Origin: Sarea resinae | Taxonomy: Eukaryota | DNA: 64,000 nucleotides | Direction: 5' to 3' | Assembly: GCA_026026165.1 (NCBI GenBank) | Contig: JAPEUD010000007.1 | Location: 434,001 to 498,000, forward strand | Translations under genes and position numbers: made by a program | Shown: positions 52,476 through 64,000 of the stretch, piece after piece | Layout of the letters: each line of letters begins with the position of its first letter | How positions within the stretch are numbered: the first letter of the stretch is position 1 | The notes under the pieces: generated by a model | The model's input: only the letters and a program-made list of their open reading frames with translations | What the model was told of the DNA's origin: nothing | Database searches by the model: none

Positions 52476-54610
52476 ATGACTTCCGCCGATTGTGCCCCGT
52501 CGCCGACCACCGCGAATGGAGACATGCCGAATGGAACTAGCGTCTCCAGTGCGCCGACAGAGAATGGGTTCAAGAAACTGCACGGACGAGCTTTCTACGA
52601 GAGTCTCGGTAGCCCAAAGATGATACTCGCCCCCATGGTCGATCAATCCGAATTCGTCAGTCAATGCCCTCTTCTGTCGTGAAATCCTGCAGAACTCTCA
52701 GCTAACTTGGGCCGTAGGCGTGGCGCATGGTCTCACGCTCGTTCCTGTCGCCTGAAGAGAATAAGAACCTCATAGCCTATAGCCCAATGCTCCACGCCCG
52801 CATGTTCATGGAGAAAGAGAAATTCCGCTCGCACCATTTCCAACCCACAAGAGCTCCTCTACCCTGCCCACCAGATGCCTACCACATATCCCAATTCCCA
52901 CCCACGGATATCTACCTCGACGGCAACCCCGCCGTCGATCGGCCACTCTTCGTCCAGTTCTGCGCCAACAACCCCGACGAGCTCCTCCAAGCCGCCAAAT
53001 ACGTACAACCCTTCTGCGACGCCGTCGACCTCAATCTCGGCTGTCCCCAGGGAATAGCGCGAAGAGGGCACTATGGGGCCTTTCTCCAGGAAGACTGGCC
53101 CATCATCCACTCCGTCATCTCGAAACTCCACACTCACCTCTCCGTTCCTGTAACAGCCAAACTCCGCATCCTCGAAACCAAAGAACGCACTCTCGACTAT
53201 GCGCGCATGGTTCTCTCCGCCGGTGCCAGCATCATCACCGTCCATGGCCGGCAACGCGAACAGAAGGGCCATAATACGGGGCTGGCGGATTGGACCGTCA
53301 TCCGCTATCTGCGGGATAACCTGCCCTGGGACACAGTCATCTTCGCCAACGGTAACATCCTGAACCATGATGACATTGCTGTATGTCTGCAGGAGACTGG
53401 AGCCGACGCCGTCATGAGCGCCGAAGGCAATCTCTACGATCCCTCTATCTTTGCCACACCACCGGCGCCGGGGAATGAAGGGAGAGAATACTGGCGCGGT
53501 AGGGATGGGAAGGGCGGGTATAGGATGGACGCCGTGTACAGACGATATATGGACATCATCCACCGATACGTTCTCGAAAGCGATCCACCAGAACGGCAGC
53601 CCCTTTTCGTACCCTCTGACCTTGCTACACGGCCACCAACGACACTACCATCCACGAACTCCCCAGCATCCCCGAACAACGAGGTTCAAGAACCTGCACA
53701 CAAGCGCCACAAGCCTAATCCCCACTCCCCTCCACCTGCCACCGACACTAAAAGCACCAATCCACCCCCCACTTCGCCCACCTCATCCAACAAGACCCCG
53801 CCACCACCCAAACGGTCAAAGCCCAAACCCGTCACCAACCCGAACCTGCTAGCAATGCAGCCACACCTCTTCCACCTCCTGCGGTCCCTCGTGGCACAGC
53901 CGCGCAATCACCCGATCCGCGACGCGCTGGGCCGGTGCAAAGCGGGCGACATCCCCGCGTTCGAGCACGTCTTAAGCATGGTCGAAGAAGCCGTGCGCGA
54001 CGGCCTGCTGGAATACGAACGCGAAGGCGTCAACGAGACAGAGGCGAGAGGAAACGGGGCCAGTGCGGAAACAGTGAGGGATGAGCGTGGGCGTGGGAAA
54101 GACGAGTGTGGCCAGCGCGAGGGAATTGCCGGAGCGGTCGAGAACGCTGCAGAAGAGGCCAACGGGACGGGTACAGCAGAGGAAAAGGCCGCGGATGCGG
54201 AAGCGCATGCGAGAATCGAGGCCATCAGAGTCCGACAGCGCATCCGAAGACCGTGGTTCATCGCACAGCCGTACATCCGGCCGCTGCCGTCCGAGGCGCT
54301 GCAGAAGGGCAGTATGACATTGAGCCGGAAGCAGAAGGCACGATTGGAGAAGCAGAAGCAGGAGGCGGGCGAGGCTGGTGGTGATGCTGCGGTGGCGGCG
54401 ACGACCACGCCCACGCCCACGACCGAGACCGAGGCAGAGACGCAGACGTGTCATCAACCCAAACCCAAACCCACCACCGAGGGAAGTCCCAAGGAGCAAA
54501 ACCAAAACCAAGGCAAAGGCCAAGACCAAGGCACAGAAACGCAGCAGATCGGAGCAGAACAAGCACGTGATGACGTAGGCACCGTTCGACCTGCCGCCGT
54601 GTGTGGATAG
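52476..54610 (+). CDS. dus1: tRNA-dihydrouridine(16/17) synthase Dus1
   Basis: Exons 52476-52655 and 52718-54610 give 690 aa. ILAPMVDQSEFAWR, RPLFVQFCAN, DLNLGCPQGIARRGHYGAFL, ITVHGR, ANGNI and QPYIRPLP. Confidence 0.92.
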
Positions 54611-55436
54611 AGAAATGCGGGCTGGGCTATGTTTACGTGTATATATATATATATAGAGTGATAGAGATACTGAAAAAAATCGTCCTCACTTACTTACTTA
54701 CCTTACTCACTGACTCATCCACTCATCTACTCGCTCACCTACTCGCTCATCTATTCACTCCTTTCCTCACCTCTCCTGTCCTAAAGTCTTGGCAATTTTT
54801 TCTGTTATATTATGTGCACAATATATACTCTCGTATTTCCATTGCATTCATATATACTTGTATCCTATCTGGCCCTAGAAAAAAAAAAGAAAACAATTCC
54901 CGGCGCTGAAATCCAACAAATTCAACCAATTCAACAAACATCAACAGAAATCAGCGATAAACGTGATAGAAGGAACAAACAGCAAGAAACAAGGATTCAG
55001 GACAGATGGAGATAGGGATAGAGAAAAGAAGAGGGGGAAAAAAAAGGGGCACGGAAGGACGTCAATCAAAAAAGGAAAAAAAATAGTTGGAATTCGTTAG
55101 TTCTGGTTCGAAAAGCGGGTCAAGGGGGGTATGTCGGCCGGTTGGGGAAGATGGGAAAGGAAAAGGGAAAAGGAAAACTAGAATCTAGGAACGAGAAGCC
55201 AGGAAGGATGCAAGGAGCTCATGCCCCCTTTTCCCGACGAAAATGCAGGAAATGGTGATATAGATCCATGGAACTCGTTCATCATAGACAATATAGCTAG
55301 GAAAATGAGAGAGAGAGAAAGAGAGAGAGAGTGTGTGTGTGAGAGAGAGAGAGAAGGGATGCAGACATCAGATCATACATATGTCGCCTCCACTTACTTG
55401 CTCGCTCACTCACTCACTCATCCCCTTACTAGCTAC

Positions 55437-57662
55437 TTACTCATCACCCACCGCCTCCTCTGGCTCGCCTACATCAACGCCAGCGCTGTTCTCCCCCTCT
55501 TCGTGGACATCATCGACTAGACTCTCCGTACTAGCGTCGCCATGGACCAACGACTCGCTCTCAGTCTCGCCACCAATAACGACATCATCGTTGTTATCAT
55601 CAGGACTAGAATGAGTGTCAACGGATTCGACGACCTTGCTACTCAGAGGAGCAGGAGCAGCCCGCTTATGTATCTTGTCGTCGGGACTCTGCTGGTGCTG
55701 TTTCGATTCAGGTGACAGCGACGGTGAGAGCGGGATATGAGACGGCGATTGAGAGTGGAGAGAAACGCAAGCAGCGGGAACGCCACCACCAGATTTCACT
55801 CTGGGTCTGCCCGCCCCGGCGCCTCCAGAGCCAGAGCCAGAGCCAGAGCCAGGCGATACCACCCCCGACAGCGGAGAAGCCGGAGCCATCTGTGGCCCAT
55901 CTCGCACATAATCCACTACCATGCCCATGCCCATTCCTCTATCGACCTGCCCCAGCCCTCCGACGGCAGGAGGCGGGGTTGTGGGCCTTAGGGCTAGAAA
56001 CACGATGAGTGAGCTGAGGAGTAGGATGACGATGTTGCGTTTGTCCTGCGAGAGGAGGTAGACGTAATTTTGAAGGAGAGTGAGGAGCGGGATCTGCTGT
56101 GCGGGATCCATGCTAGTAGCAGTGGTGGTGGTACTGGCGCGTTTAGAAGAGCGAGATGTGGGACGGTGGGACATTGTTGGGTTGGTGGCGGGGTCGACGA
56201 AGGCGGGTTCGGTGGCGGGCTCTGCCGGTTGCGGTGGCGGCGGCGGCGGCGGTTGGCGGGAGGGTGGTGTGCTCGCTGGATTTTGAGACTCGCCATAGAT
56301 TTCCCTCAGTCGACGTGCTTCCATCTCGGATCGTCGTTGGTGCAGCGCTTCAGCCTCCCGCAATTCCTTCTCGCGCCTCGCCTGCGCTTCCTCCTTGATT
56401 CTCAGCTCCTCCTGTTCTTTGAAAAGGCGCTCCTCCTCCTGCTCCTTCAACATTCGTTCTTCCTCCTCCACATCCACGTCCACATCCTCTACATCATCCT
56501 CCTCCTTTCTACTCGCCTCCAACTCCTCTTCTTCCTTCCTCAGATCCAGTTCCCGTCTCATCTCCTCCGACACCCAGGGCGCGAGCTCCACGTCCACCCT
56601 CTCCATCTCGCTCCATGCCGCCGCCCAAGCCCCTGCCCTCATCAGCCCATTCGCGGCGTAGATCTTGATGTCCCACCTCCTGCTCCCAGAGCCGCATCCG
56701 AACCGGCCATCTTTGACCCTGCCGCCGCAATCGACACAGATCTCGGCGTCCTCGTCTTCAGTATGGTATCCGTCCTCTACGTCGGATTCTCCGTGGCTCG
56801 CTTCATCGTCGCGGTGGAAATGGCCGCATTTGAGGATACGAGGAAGCTTCAGCTCGAGAGACTCCAGGAGACGCTCTTCGAGTAGTTCGTAATCCTCTCT
56901 TGGATGTGGGAGTAGTATGCCACGTTCGAGCACCGTGTCGGAAATTTTGTCTTTGAGCAGGTTGTAGTTGTCGATGACATACGGCGGTAGGACCGCTTCC
57001 ATGACATCTAGGGAGTAATGAAAGGCGATCGGTAGGATGGTGACGTGGAGGAGTACGAGAGGATATTCTTTTTTCTTTGAAGGGCTCAATTTTGTTTTCA
57101 TCGCGCTCTGTGAACGAATGGAGCGGGGAGTGCCGCTTCGAGAGGGTGTGTTATGCTTGTAGCGTTGTGAGAGTGGAGAGGAGAAATTCTGGAATGGCGG
57201 CGGTGTTGTCTCTAACTGCATCGCGCGGACAGAGGAGGGATTGCGAAAGGGCGGCCTTTGCTTCAAGGGCGTATACGGCGAGCTCTTTCCCTCGTAGACA
57301 ATAGCTGCATCGCCGACATCCTCGGGCATTTCTGAAATATCATCATCGGACTCAGGCGCTGTCCCCAGAGAGGCGCGCGAATTGTCATCCTCAAAAGCGG
57401 TGGCATCGTTCGACAGGTTCCTGTGATGGATGATGGAGCCAGAATTGCGCGGTCCGGTCTTCTCAATCGGATCATCATGCTCGATACTTTGCATCATTCG
57501 TCCTCGCGTTGGATGGTTTTCCACGTCGCTGTTCGTGTCCCCATTCCTGGGAGTGCCGAAGTCGTCATCTAAGGAATGGTTGACATCCGGATCGGGGGTC
57601 GGCAATGCGGACCGATCCTGATAGATGTGGAAATCCCCACCTGAGACATCTCTGGATCCCAT
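55437..57662 (-). CDS. Conserved-looking fungal hypothetical protein (globular core, coiled coil, one C-terminal TM segment)
   Basis: Long ORF with first ATG at 57662. Core LVLLHVTILP...PHPREDYELLEERLLESLEL...CGHF...CVDCG...YAANGLMRAGAWAAAW, a Glu-rich coiled coil, and TM segment IVILLLSSLIVFLAL. Confidence 0.75.
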   Translation of the reverse strand: MGSRDVSGGDFHIYQDRSALPTPDPDVNHSLDDDFGTPRNGDTNSDVENHPTRGRMMQSIEHDDPIEKTGPRNSGSIIHHRNLSNDATAFEDDNSRASLGTAPESDDDISEMPEDVGDAAIVYEGKSSPYTPLKQRPPFRNPSSVRAMQLETTPPPFQNFSSPLSQRYKHNTPSRSGTPRSIRSQSAMKTKLSPSKKKEYPLVLLHVTILPIAFHYSLDVMEAVLPPYVIDNYNLLKDKISDTVLERGILLPHPREDYELLEERLLESLELKLPRILKCGHFHRDDEASHGESDVEDGYHTEDEDAEICVDCGGRVKDGRFGCGSGSRRWDIKIYAANGLMRAGAWAAAWSEMERVDVELAPWVSEEMRRELDLRKEEEELEASRKEEDDVEDVDVDVEEEERMLKEQEEERLFKEQEELRIKEEAQARREKELREAEALHQRRSEMEARRLREIYGESQNPASTPPSRQPPPPPPPQPAEPATEPAFVDPATNPTMSHRPTSRSSKRASTTTTATSMDPAQQIPLLTLLQNYVYLLSQDKRNIVILLLSSLIVFLALRPTTPPPAVGGLGQVDRGMGMGMVVDYVRDGPQMAPASPLSGVVSPGSGSGSGSGGAGAGRPRVKSGGGVPAACVSLHSQSPSHIPLSPSLSPESKQHQQSPDDKIHKRAAPAPLSSKVVESVDTHSSPDDNNDDVVIGGETESESLVHGDASTESLVDDVHEEGENSAGVDVGEPEEAVGDE

Positions 57663-58291
57663 ACTTCTATCCACGTGGTGAGAGGAGGACTGAGTGGTTG
57701 CCGCCGTGGTACGGGATTTGCGCGTCGTTGGCGCACGCTCTCGAAGAAGGTAAACAAAGGCTTGACAGCGAGGATATTGCTTTGAAGGAAGAGGAAATTT
57801 GAGCTTTAGCGATCGTTTCAAACACTTGCACGCTTGAAGGAGAATCAGCACTCGAGTTGAGCAGTATTGCGAGTGATGAGGGCGTACAATGCTGGGTTTC
57901 CGAATGTGGAGGTGAGCTGTACTCGGCCGTCGAGTCCGCTTTGTTTGTGTAACAGGGGTCTTCACGGGCGCTACGGCAACCACCAAAGTGACTCGAGAGA
58001 CCCCTGTAAGGTGCCACTCTTATTACGCAGTAGAGTACCACATCGCACAACACTTATTACGCCTGCGATCAAGAAGATACTATTCCTGACAAAAGCACAA
58101 TACAATGGAGATACCCTCATATATAATTCGAACGAATGACCGCCTTCGCACAAGACTTCCCAATAAAGAATGACGCAATGTAAAAAGTGCAAATAACGAG
58201 TCCACGCTCTACTCTGGCGGTCATCTAATAGTCCAACTAGCATGCCCCTTCCCAGACATGCCCTACGTACCCAAATGCTTGACGCTCCATC

Positions 58292-61117
58292 TCAAACCCC
58301 GGAATCGTCCTGATCAATCTTGTGGGTTTTGACCCACTTGTCCCAGCCTTCACATGTCTCGATAGTAGGCGTCAAACTACCAACTGAGGCCTCAATGTCG
58401 CGTTGGCGTTCCATGATCTGGAGGGCCAGGCCCGAAGATGCATGCCAGGCTGTTCCATATATTATTAGTTTCATGACGCGAATTGAAGCATTAGCATCGG
58501 AAAGGCTGGGACCAAGCTTACCGATATGACAGTGCAGAAGCCAGACACTGTGAGCATCATAGCACGTTAGCTACTATCAGTCCGCAGACAGGAGCTGGAA
58601 GCTCGCTAATGCTTACCCAGGATTGTCCGGGCGGAAGGCAATGGCCAAGTAGCCATTAGCCGGCAGCATTGCCACATCGCGTCGCGGAGGATTGTGGAAG
58701 TTGAAGCTTTTGGGAGATTCGGTTTCGTTGTACTGATTGACGCTTTGGCCCAGGATAGCAAAATCGTGGCCGTGGAGCTACATTCACGTAAAGGTCAGTA
58801 TTCAGACGTGCAGAGAAGGCTAGAAACTAGGAGCTTAATGCAACTAGATGGAGCTTACATGGATAGGATGTGCGGCCGGAACCTCTCTCTTAGTCGTATT
58901 AAAACGCGTCAGATTTCCTAGATTGGCATCAGTTGACGCTCTGGTGAGACATTGCTAAAAATCAAACCTGTGATGATCAGATAGACATACTGCATATCAA
59001 TATTTAGCTCTTCTTCCCTTATTTCAAGGGAAAAGGGTCGTTTGCTGCTTACTCCTTCCTTATAGTTTTCATCAATGACAGCGTAGTCGGCGCGGAACGT
59101 GGTGTTTTGCAGATCCAGAATAGTAGGCTCTGAAAAATCAAGCCTGTAGTCCTCGTTAGACCTCGCACGAATAAGGATGAACGGTCAAACAGAGTAAAAC
59201 ATACAGCGGACTGGAAGAGAGTTTAATGTCGAGTAGCATTGGAAGACAACTTACCAAAGAGGCGTATCTGTGAGGTCCCAGCGCTGAAAGCCATGCTCCA
59301 AGGTGAGGTCTAAAGCAGCCTCATATGTGTCCTTGACGACATTGTTCACGGGATGTTGCGAAACCTCCCAGGGTACGATGGGCACCAAGCTCGCCACTGG
59401 AGGATCGGAACAATTTGTGGTAAGACCTGGATGAGGTGACGATGTTGGGAGTTCCTGGCTATGGGCATCATATCGAATTATGCCGGTTAAGGAGCTGTTC
59501 CCAAGAGGGCTGATAGTGCCGCAACCAGTTGTCACCTGCGTACGCATCCAGTAGTTGCCGTCCTTGACGGGATCTGATGGGTTGGCCTCGACAATGACCG
59601 AATATCGCTGACCTGGTTTTGTCGTAAGACTTATAGCCAATAAGTGAAAGCGGGAAAATTAGCTTACCAATGCCGAGAAAGATCGACTCATTTTTGAAGG
59701 GATGGATGGGTACAAGATCTGTGGATACGACTTGAAGAAGATGATTATCAATGGAGAATGTAAACATAGACTCCGTAGATGCATTGATGATGCGAATAAG
59801 ATATTTCTTTCCCTTCTGCAATGTCCTGGTAAATAGCGAGTTGCCTCCTACGCACAACGGATCTGACTTGTTGCAGGTGTAGTTACCTTGATGCTGTTTA
59901 GTACATAGGTTAGAGGAGATGAAGGTGAGAATTACCATGACCATCAATCAGGATGCTTGTCATCACAGGAAGACCGCCTGTATGAGCGGGGTCAAGTTCG
60001 TGCTGAAAATCTGCAAAAGCACTGTTGTGGCTCCAGTCGTTAATAAGGATAGGATCCCATGCCTCATCGTAGCTGGCGCTAGTGGGGCCGTGGATGAGCA
60101 GCGGCCCTATTAGAGTTATTAGAGGAGACCACAATAATCTGAATTGGTAACATACCCGCGACGCCATCCGGATACTGCAAAGAATAGTGACTGGGAGGGC
60201 ATTAGCTTATGACGAGAAGGCAAGGCTGGTCAAGGTCTACCTGTGATACCACGTGTGACCATACTGCACGGCCTTAAATTTGTAGGTAAAGGTGTTTCCG
60301 TCCTAGCAAGGCAAATTTCAGCATATAGACTCCTAACCCATGCGATCATAGGATGCTTACGGCGATAGGGCATTGAGTGACTCCTGAATATGGATGATCA
60401 GAATTTCCATCAATGATTACCCCCATTCAAACGGCAGCACGTACCATTGACACCGTCCATCTCGTTACTATTCAATTGACGAATTCCATGCCAGTGAATC
60501 GTGGTCCCATTATCCTGGACGTAGTTCGTGACGTGAACCGCTACGATAATCTATCAGCAACTGCGTGACATGCTCCGACTTTTGGACTTACTAATATCGT
60601 CTCCCCAGCATGCCTCTATGAAGGTTCATCAGTCGGCTGAAGCCAGATGTAGATGTGAGTAGATCATACCGATAAGTGGACCCGGGTAAGTACTGTTGAA
60701 CACTTTCCCGTGCTGCTTGAGGTAGCCATCTGGGGATATGGCTTTGTCCGTCACATTGAGCCAGAACTATATAGAAAAATCAGAGCCGGATAAGTCTGTG
60801 TCGGATAGTGAGAATACTTCGCGATGTACGCCCTGAGGGGTCCGATCTTCGTAGTCGGTGTGGATGTCAAATTGGCTCCAAAGTGGCTGCTTGACCTTGC
60901 GGTCTCGGATCCAACAGTCGCGACTGTTTGGCCCGTTGCAATTCTCCCAGCCCGTGTACGAAGGATACTCGCACCGGAACCCTTTGGAGGCATGCTCGGG
61001 ATGAACGATAATCCCGTCACTTAGTGGAAGTGGCCGTTGCGCCAAGTCTCCAAGTTGAAAGCTACTGAGGGCAGCCAGTTGAAGCAAAGCTTCGAAGCAG
61101 CTATTGATGAAACCCAT
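58292..61117 (-). CDS. Multicopper oxidase / ascomycete laccase (AA1), 16 exons
   Basis: Exons 60818-61117, 60670-60766, 60592-60615, 60445-60540, 60361-60383, 60241-60302, 60156-60190, 59936-60106, 59668-59886, 59255-59612, 59053-59143, 58968-58989, 58859-58917, 58617-58777, 58522-58547, 58292-58449 give 633 aa with consistent phases. All four Cu motifs (HWHG, WYHSH, HPIHLHGH, HCHIAWH) and C-terminal DSGV are present. Confidence 0.93.
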
Positions 61118-63077
61118 TCTTTGCCACAGAAGAGCAAGCAGAAATATGCAAAGGGGCAATGGAGAGAATGAGGGAAATTGAGGGAATTATATTTATTTGG
61201 GCATTTCGAGACATAGACATAAGGAAAGACGATCACATATTACAGCCCCACTGTACGTGATGGGCTGAATCATGCCAACCGTGACACAAAATGAAAGCCT
61301 GAGAGCTTCTGGTAGATACGACACCTCGGAAAAAAGACGGCAGAGAGCCGCTGAGCTCAGCCATAACCTATTTCAGGGGTTCCAAGGCACGCCTGGTCCA
61401 GGCCCCCAAGCGTTCGTTCGCCATTCCCGTAGCTGAAAGTAAGCATGTGTTTCGGATACATCTACTACAGTAGAAACATGACGTCCGAGGGAAAATGCGT
61501 GTCACTGCGGCAACATGGCAAAGAGTGCCTAGAGTGAAGAGATTGCCTTCTTAAGGCATACAGATTGAGGAAAATCATCTTGATGGCCGAAGGCACCAAT
61601 CAGTGTATCCTGCAAAGAAAAGTAGAGATCTAAAGCGAGAGCAGAGCCGCTGTGCATGGGATTCAAGCACCTGAGATTGTACTGATAGAGGAACAATCAA
61701 CATATGGAATGTTCATTCTGAAAAGCCCACTAGTAACAGAACAGACGAGCTATGGCCAGATTGAACACTCAATGCAAGCCATTGCGTTGACGTTGGTGGT
61801 AGACGGTCAGCAACCTGAGCTGATCGGCACTAGATGGAAAGAGACCGCTGCAGACATGAGAAGATGACGACTGGGAACTACTCCTCATTCACATAGGGCC
61901 GACAAAGAAGTCAGATCGTTGTAGGATTGTGCTAGACTGAGAGCATGAGCCGTGAATCACCTCAAGTTCCTTCCCCAGCTGATGTGAGGAGATACGAAAG
62001 GAGCAACGAATCATTGGGCTCGGTCGATAAACCACAGTACAATGCTTAGCCTCGATTGTGGCCCCCACAGTCCTGTAGTCGTAATGGCTCATAAGGCGTC
62101 CCATACAGCGGCTAAGTGTCTATACCAGGCGGGAAGAATCATAATCTCGACCGCATACCGCGGATGCGGATTTTGGATTATACCACCATTACCCACGGTC
62201 AGGCATCGGAAAATTGGCGAGCCCGAGAATTCAAGCCAGCCACAGCCATCCAACGCAGGGAATCCTGCCGAGGCAGGGGGCCTGTCCGTAAACAGATGTT
62301 AGAGAACGCCCCGAGGCCTAGCATTTCGATCTGTCAGAGGGCCCCCGCGAAAGTCAGACCAGACGAAAACAAGCCGGATTGGATACACTATCTTACCCAG
62401 TAAATTGGGAGTTGGAGCGGATCTCGTATGACATCCATATGGAGATGCAATGTGGAGGTAGTTGAGACAGGCACAGGTGCCGCCGAGCCGTGTCGCCGGC
62501 GTCGCCTGTGTCGCCTGTGTCGCCTGCCGCAGTAGCAAGATCAACGACATTCGGAATGCGCACATGTATAACCGAAAGGAATATTGTTGTGTTCCAACCA
62601 GAAAGCTAAACGGGCACCCGAGAGAGACTTCTAGTATCTAGTTTATGTCCACCTCTTTTCACAATACCGCCCAAAACTCAATTGGGTCAGATGCCCACAG
62701 AAGTGGCTGAGTCTGATCGTGTGGTCCACCGGCCAAACATAGACCCTCATAGGATGAACGGACTCTAGTCTCTAGGATGGGGGAGCTGGCGTTTCCTCTA
62801 CTAAATGCTAAGCTAGTCAGAGCATATGATAAAAGCAAGCCTAATGACATTTCTCAAGACTGTACAGGTAACAAGAGCAAACCACATCTGCTATATACAC
62901 TATGCTATATGTGCTGTATTCTCGATCCATTTTGCTTGTGTCTGTCTATACATCCACTCTTGGAAATGCATCCTTATGTCTCATGGGTTCAAGCACCGGA
63001 GAAGTAGCGTGCCTATTGACCTTGAGAGTTACGATAGATGACTCGGACGGCTCTGATTCTATTGATGAGTTTATATT

Positions 63078-64000
63078 TCAAGACCGCCATCTTAGCAACC
63101 CAGGCCGCGTATGAACATCGATGAAGAAGCCATGGGCATCCATGTCTTCTCTCTGCATTTCCTTCTCCCAGTCCTGCTTAGGTATCTTCGTAGTTATCAG
63201 CGGGACGAGGTCAGCACCGTCCTCTTCAATGGAGTCTTCGCGCAACGCCACCCTCAATATTCTCCTGGTGTTGATCTTTCTGCTCTTCCTCACAGCTCTC
63301 GAGACCCTGTATACGTCGTAATTGTTCTTTTTGATGTCATGATATAGCTTTCTGGTCCGCTCAGTAAACTCTGCCATTTCAATGGCGTCAGGGTCGCTGG
63401 CATTGGACTCGCGGTTATACAAGTGTGTAAAGAAATCAAGAGCAAACAGGCACGCGCCTTGAATCAAGTCACTCATTCCAGGCTCGGCCATTGGCCGTGA
63501 CGGACCTGCTGTCGAACACCAGTGCTGGCAAGCAGCAAATGGTATCACAAAGCAAGGATCTTTTCCGACCTCTCCAAGCTCTTTATTGGTCGTTAGGTCG
63601 AATAAACCAAGCCGAAGGTTTATCATGCGCACTTTTTGCCTTTGAAAGTAACCAACATCCCATGAAGCGCAATCATCCAGCATCGCCATCTCGAGTGAGG
63701 CAAATGTCTTTTCTTGCGGCGAATTTTCCTTCGGCCACCTGAAAAGAGGGAAGACGGCATTTTTGAATCGTGACTCGGGATACGAGAGGAGACGTATTTT
63801 CCAGCCAGCTGGATATTCATTCATCCGTCGCTCGAGATGTGCGTTCGATATTACCTCAGGAGCAGAAGCGGACGAGTCGCTCAGCGAAGGCTGTGGTTCT
63901 GGCGATGGTAGACCTGCAGTGATATCATCGTCTTCGACTTCTTCGACCTCGTAACTGAACACTCTTGTCGGTGCCCTTCCCTGTGGGGCATTCTCGAGTG
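63078..64000 (-). CDS. Hypothetical protein (5' end outside window)
   Basis: The frame is open from the window edge (LENAPQGRAPTRVFSYEV...) for more than 300 codons. No family recognised. Confidence 0.6.
   Translation of the reverse strand, partial: LENAPQGRAPTRVFSYEVEEVEDDDITAGLPSPEPQPSLSDSSASAPEVISNAHLERRMNEYPAGWKIRLLSYPESRFKNAVFPLFRWPKENSPQEKTFASLEMAMLDDCASWDVGYFQRQKVRMINLRLGLFDLTTNKELGEVGKDPCFVIPFAACQHWCSTAGPSRPMAEPGMSDLIQGACLFALDFFTHLYNRESNASDPDAIEMAEFTERTRKLYHDIKKNNYDVYRVSRAVRKSRKINTRRILRVALREDSIEEDGADLVPLITTKIPKQDWEKEMQREDMDAHGFFIDVHTRPGLLRWRS

Noticed and set aside
62492..62526. Short tandem GTCGCCTGT repeats as a CRISPR-like array
   Set aside because: A 9-bp minisatellite with no spacers and no cas genes, in a eukaryotic context.

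Overview
Intron-rich eukaryotic genomic DNA from a filamentous ascomycete (Pezizomycotina, probably Eurotiomycete-like). It is not prokaryotic, and I found no CRISPR array, rRNA or intact transposon. About 19 protein-coding loci and one intron-containing tRNA-Gly(GCC) could be modelled by hand from GT-AG sites and CTRAY branch points. They encode a WDR8/WRAP73-like WD40 protein (5'-partial), the Rag GTPase Gtr2, a cytochrome b5-like heme/steroid-binding protein, RPS25, a MoaA/MoaC (cnxABC/nit-7/MOCS1-type) locus, a secreted BBE/AA7-type FAD oxidase, an NAD(P)-binding Rossmann protein, a long-chain alcohol oxidase, a FYVE protein, the Pho4/NUC-1 bHLH factor, a GH13_5 alpha-amylase, Arl3, two unknown membrane proteins, Bni4, Dus1, a conserved hypothetical protein, a 16-exon laccase and a 5'-partial hypothetical protein. 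The most notable signal is that MoaA and MoaC lie in one reading frame separated only by a single TAG directly after the essential Gly-Gly tail. A predicted 168-nt alternative intron would remove the GG and the stop to give a MoaA-MoaC fusion. Other signals are a 920-nt first intron in gtr2, a recurring intergenic TACGGAGTA motif and a possible 6-nt micro-exon in the laccase. All gene identities come from motif recognition, not database searches.
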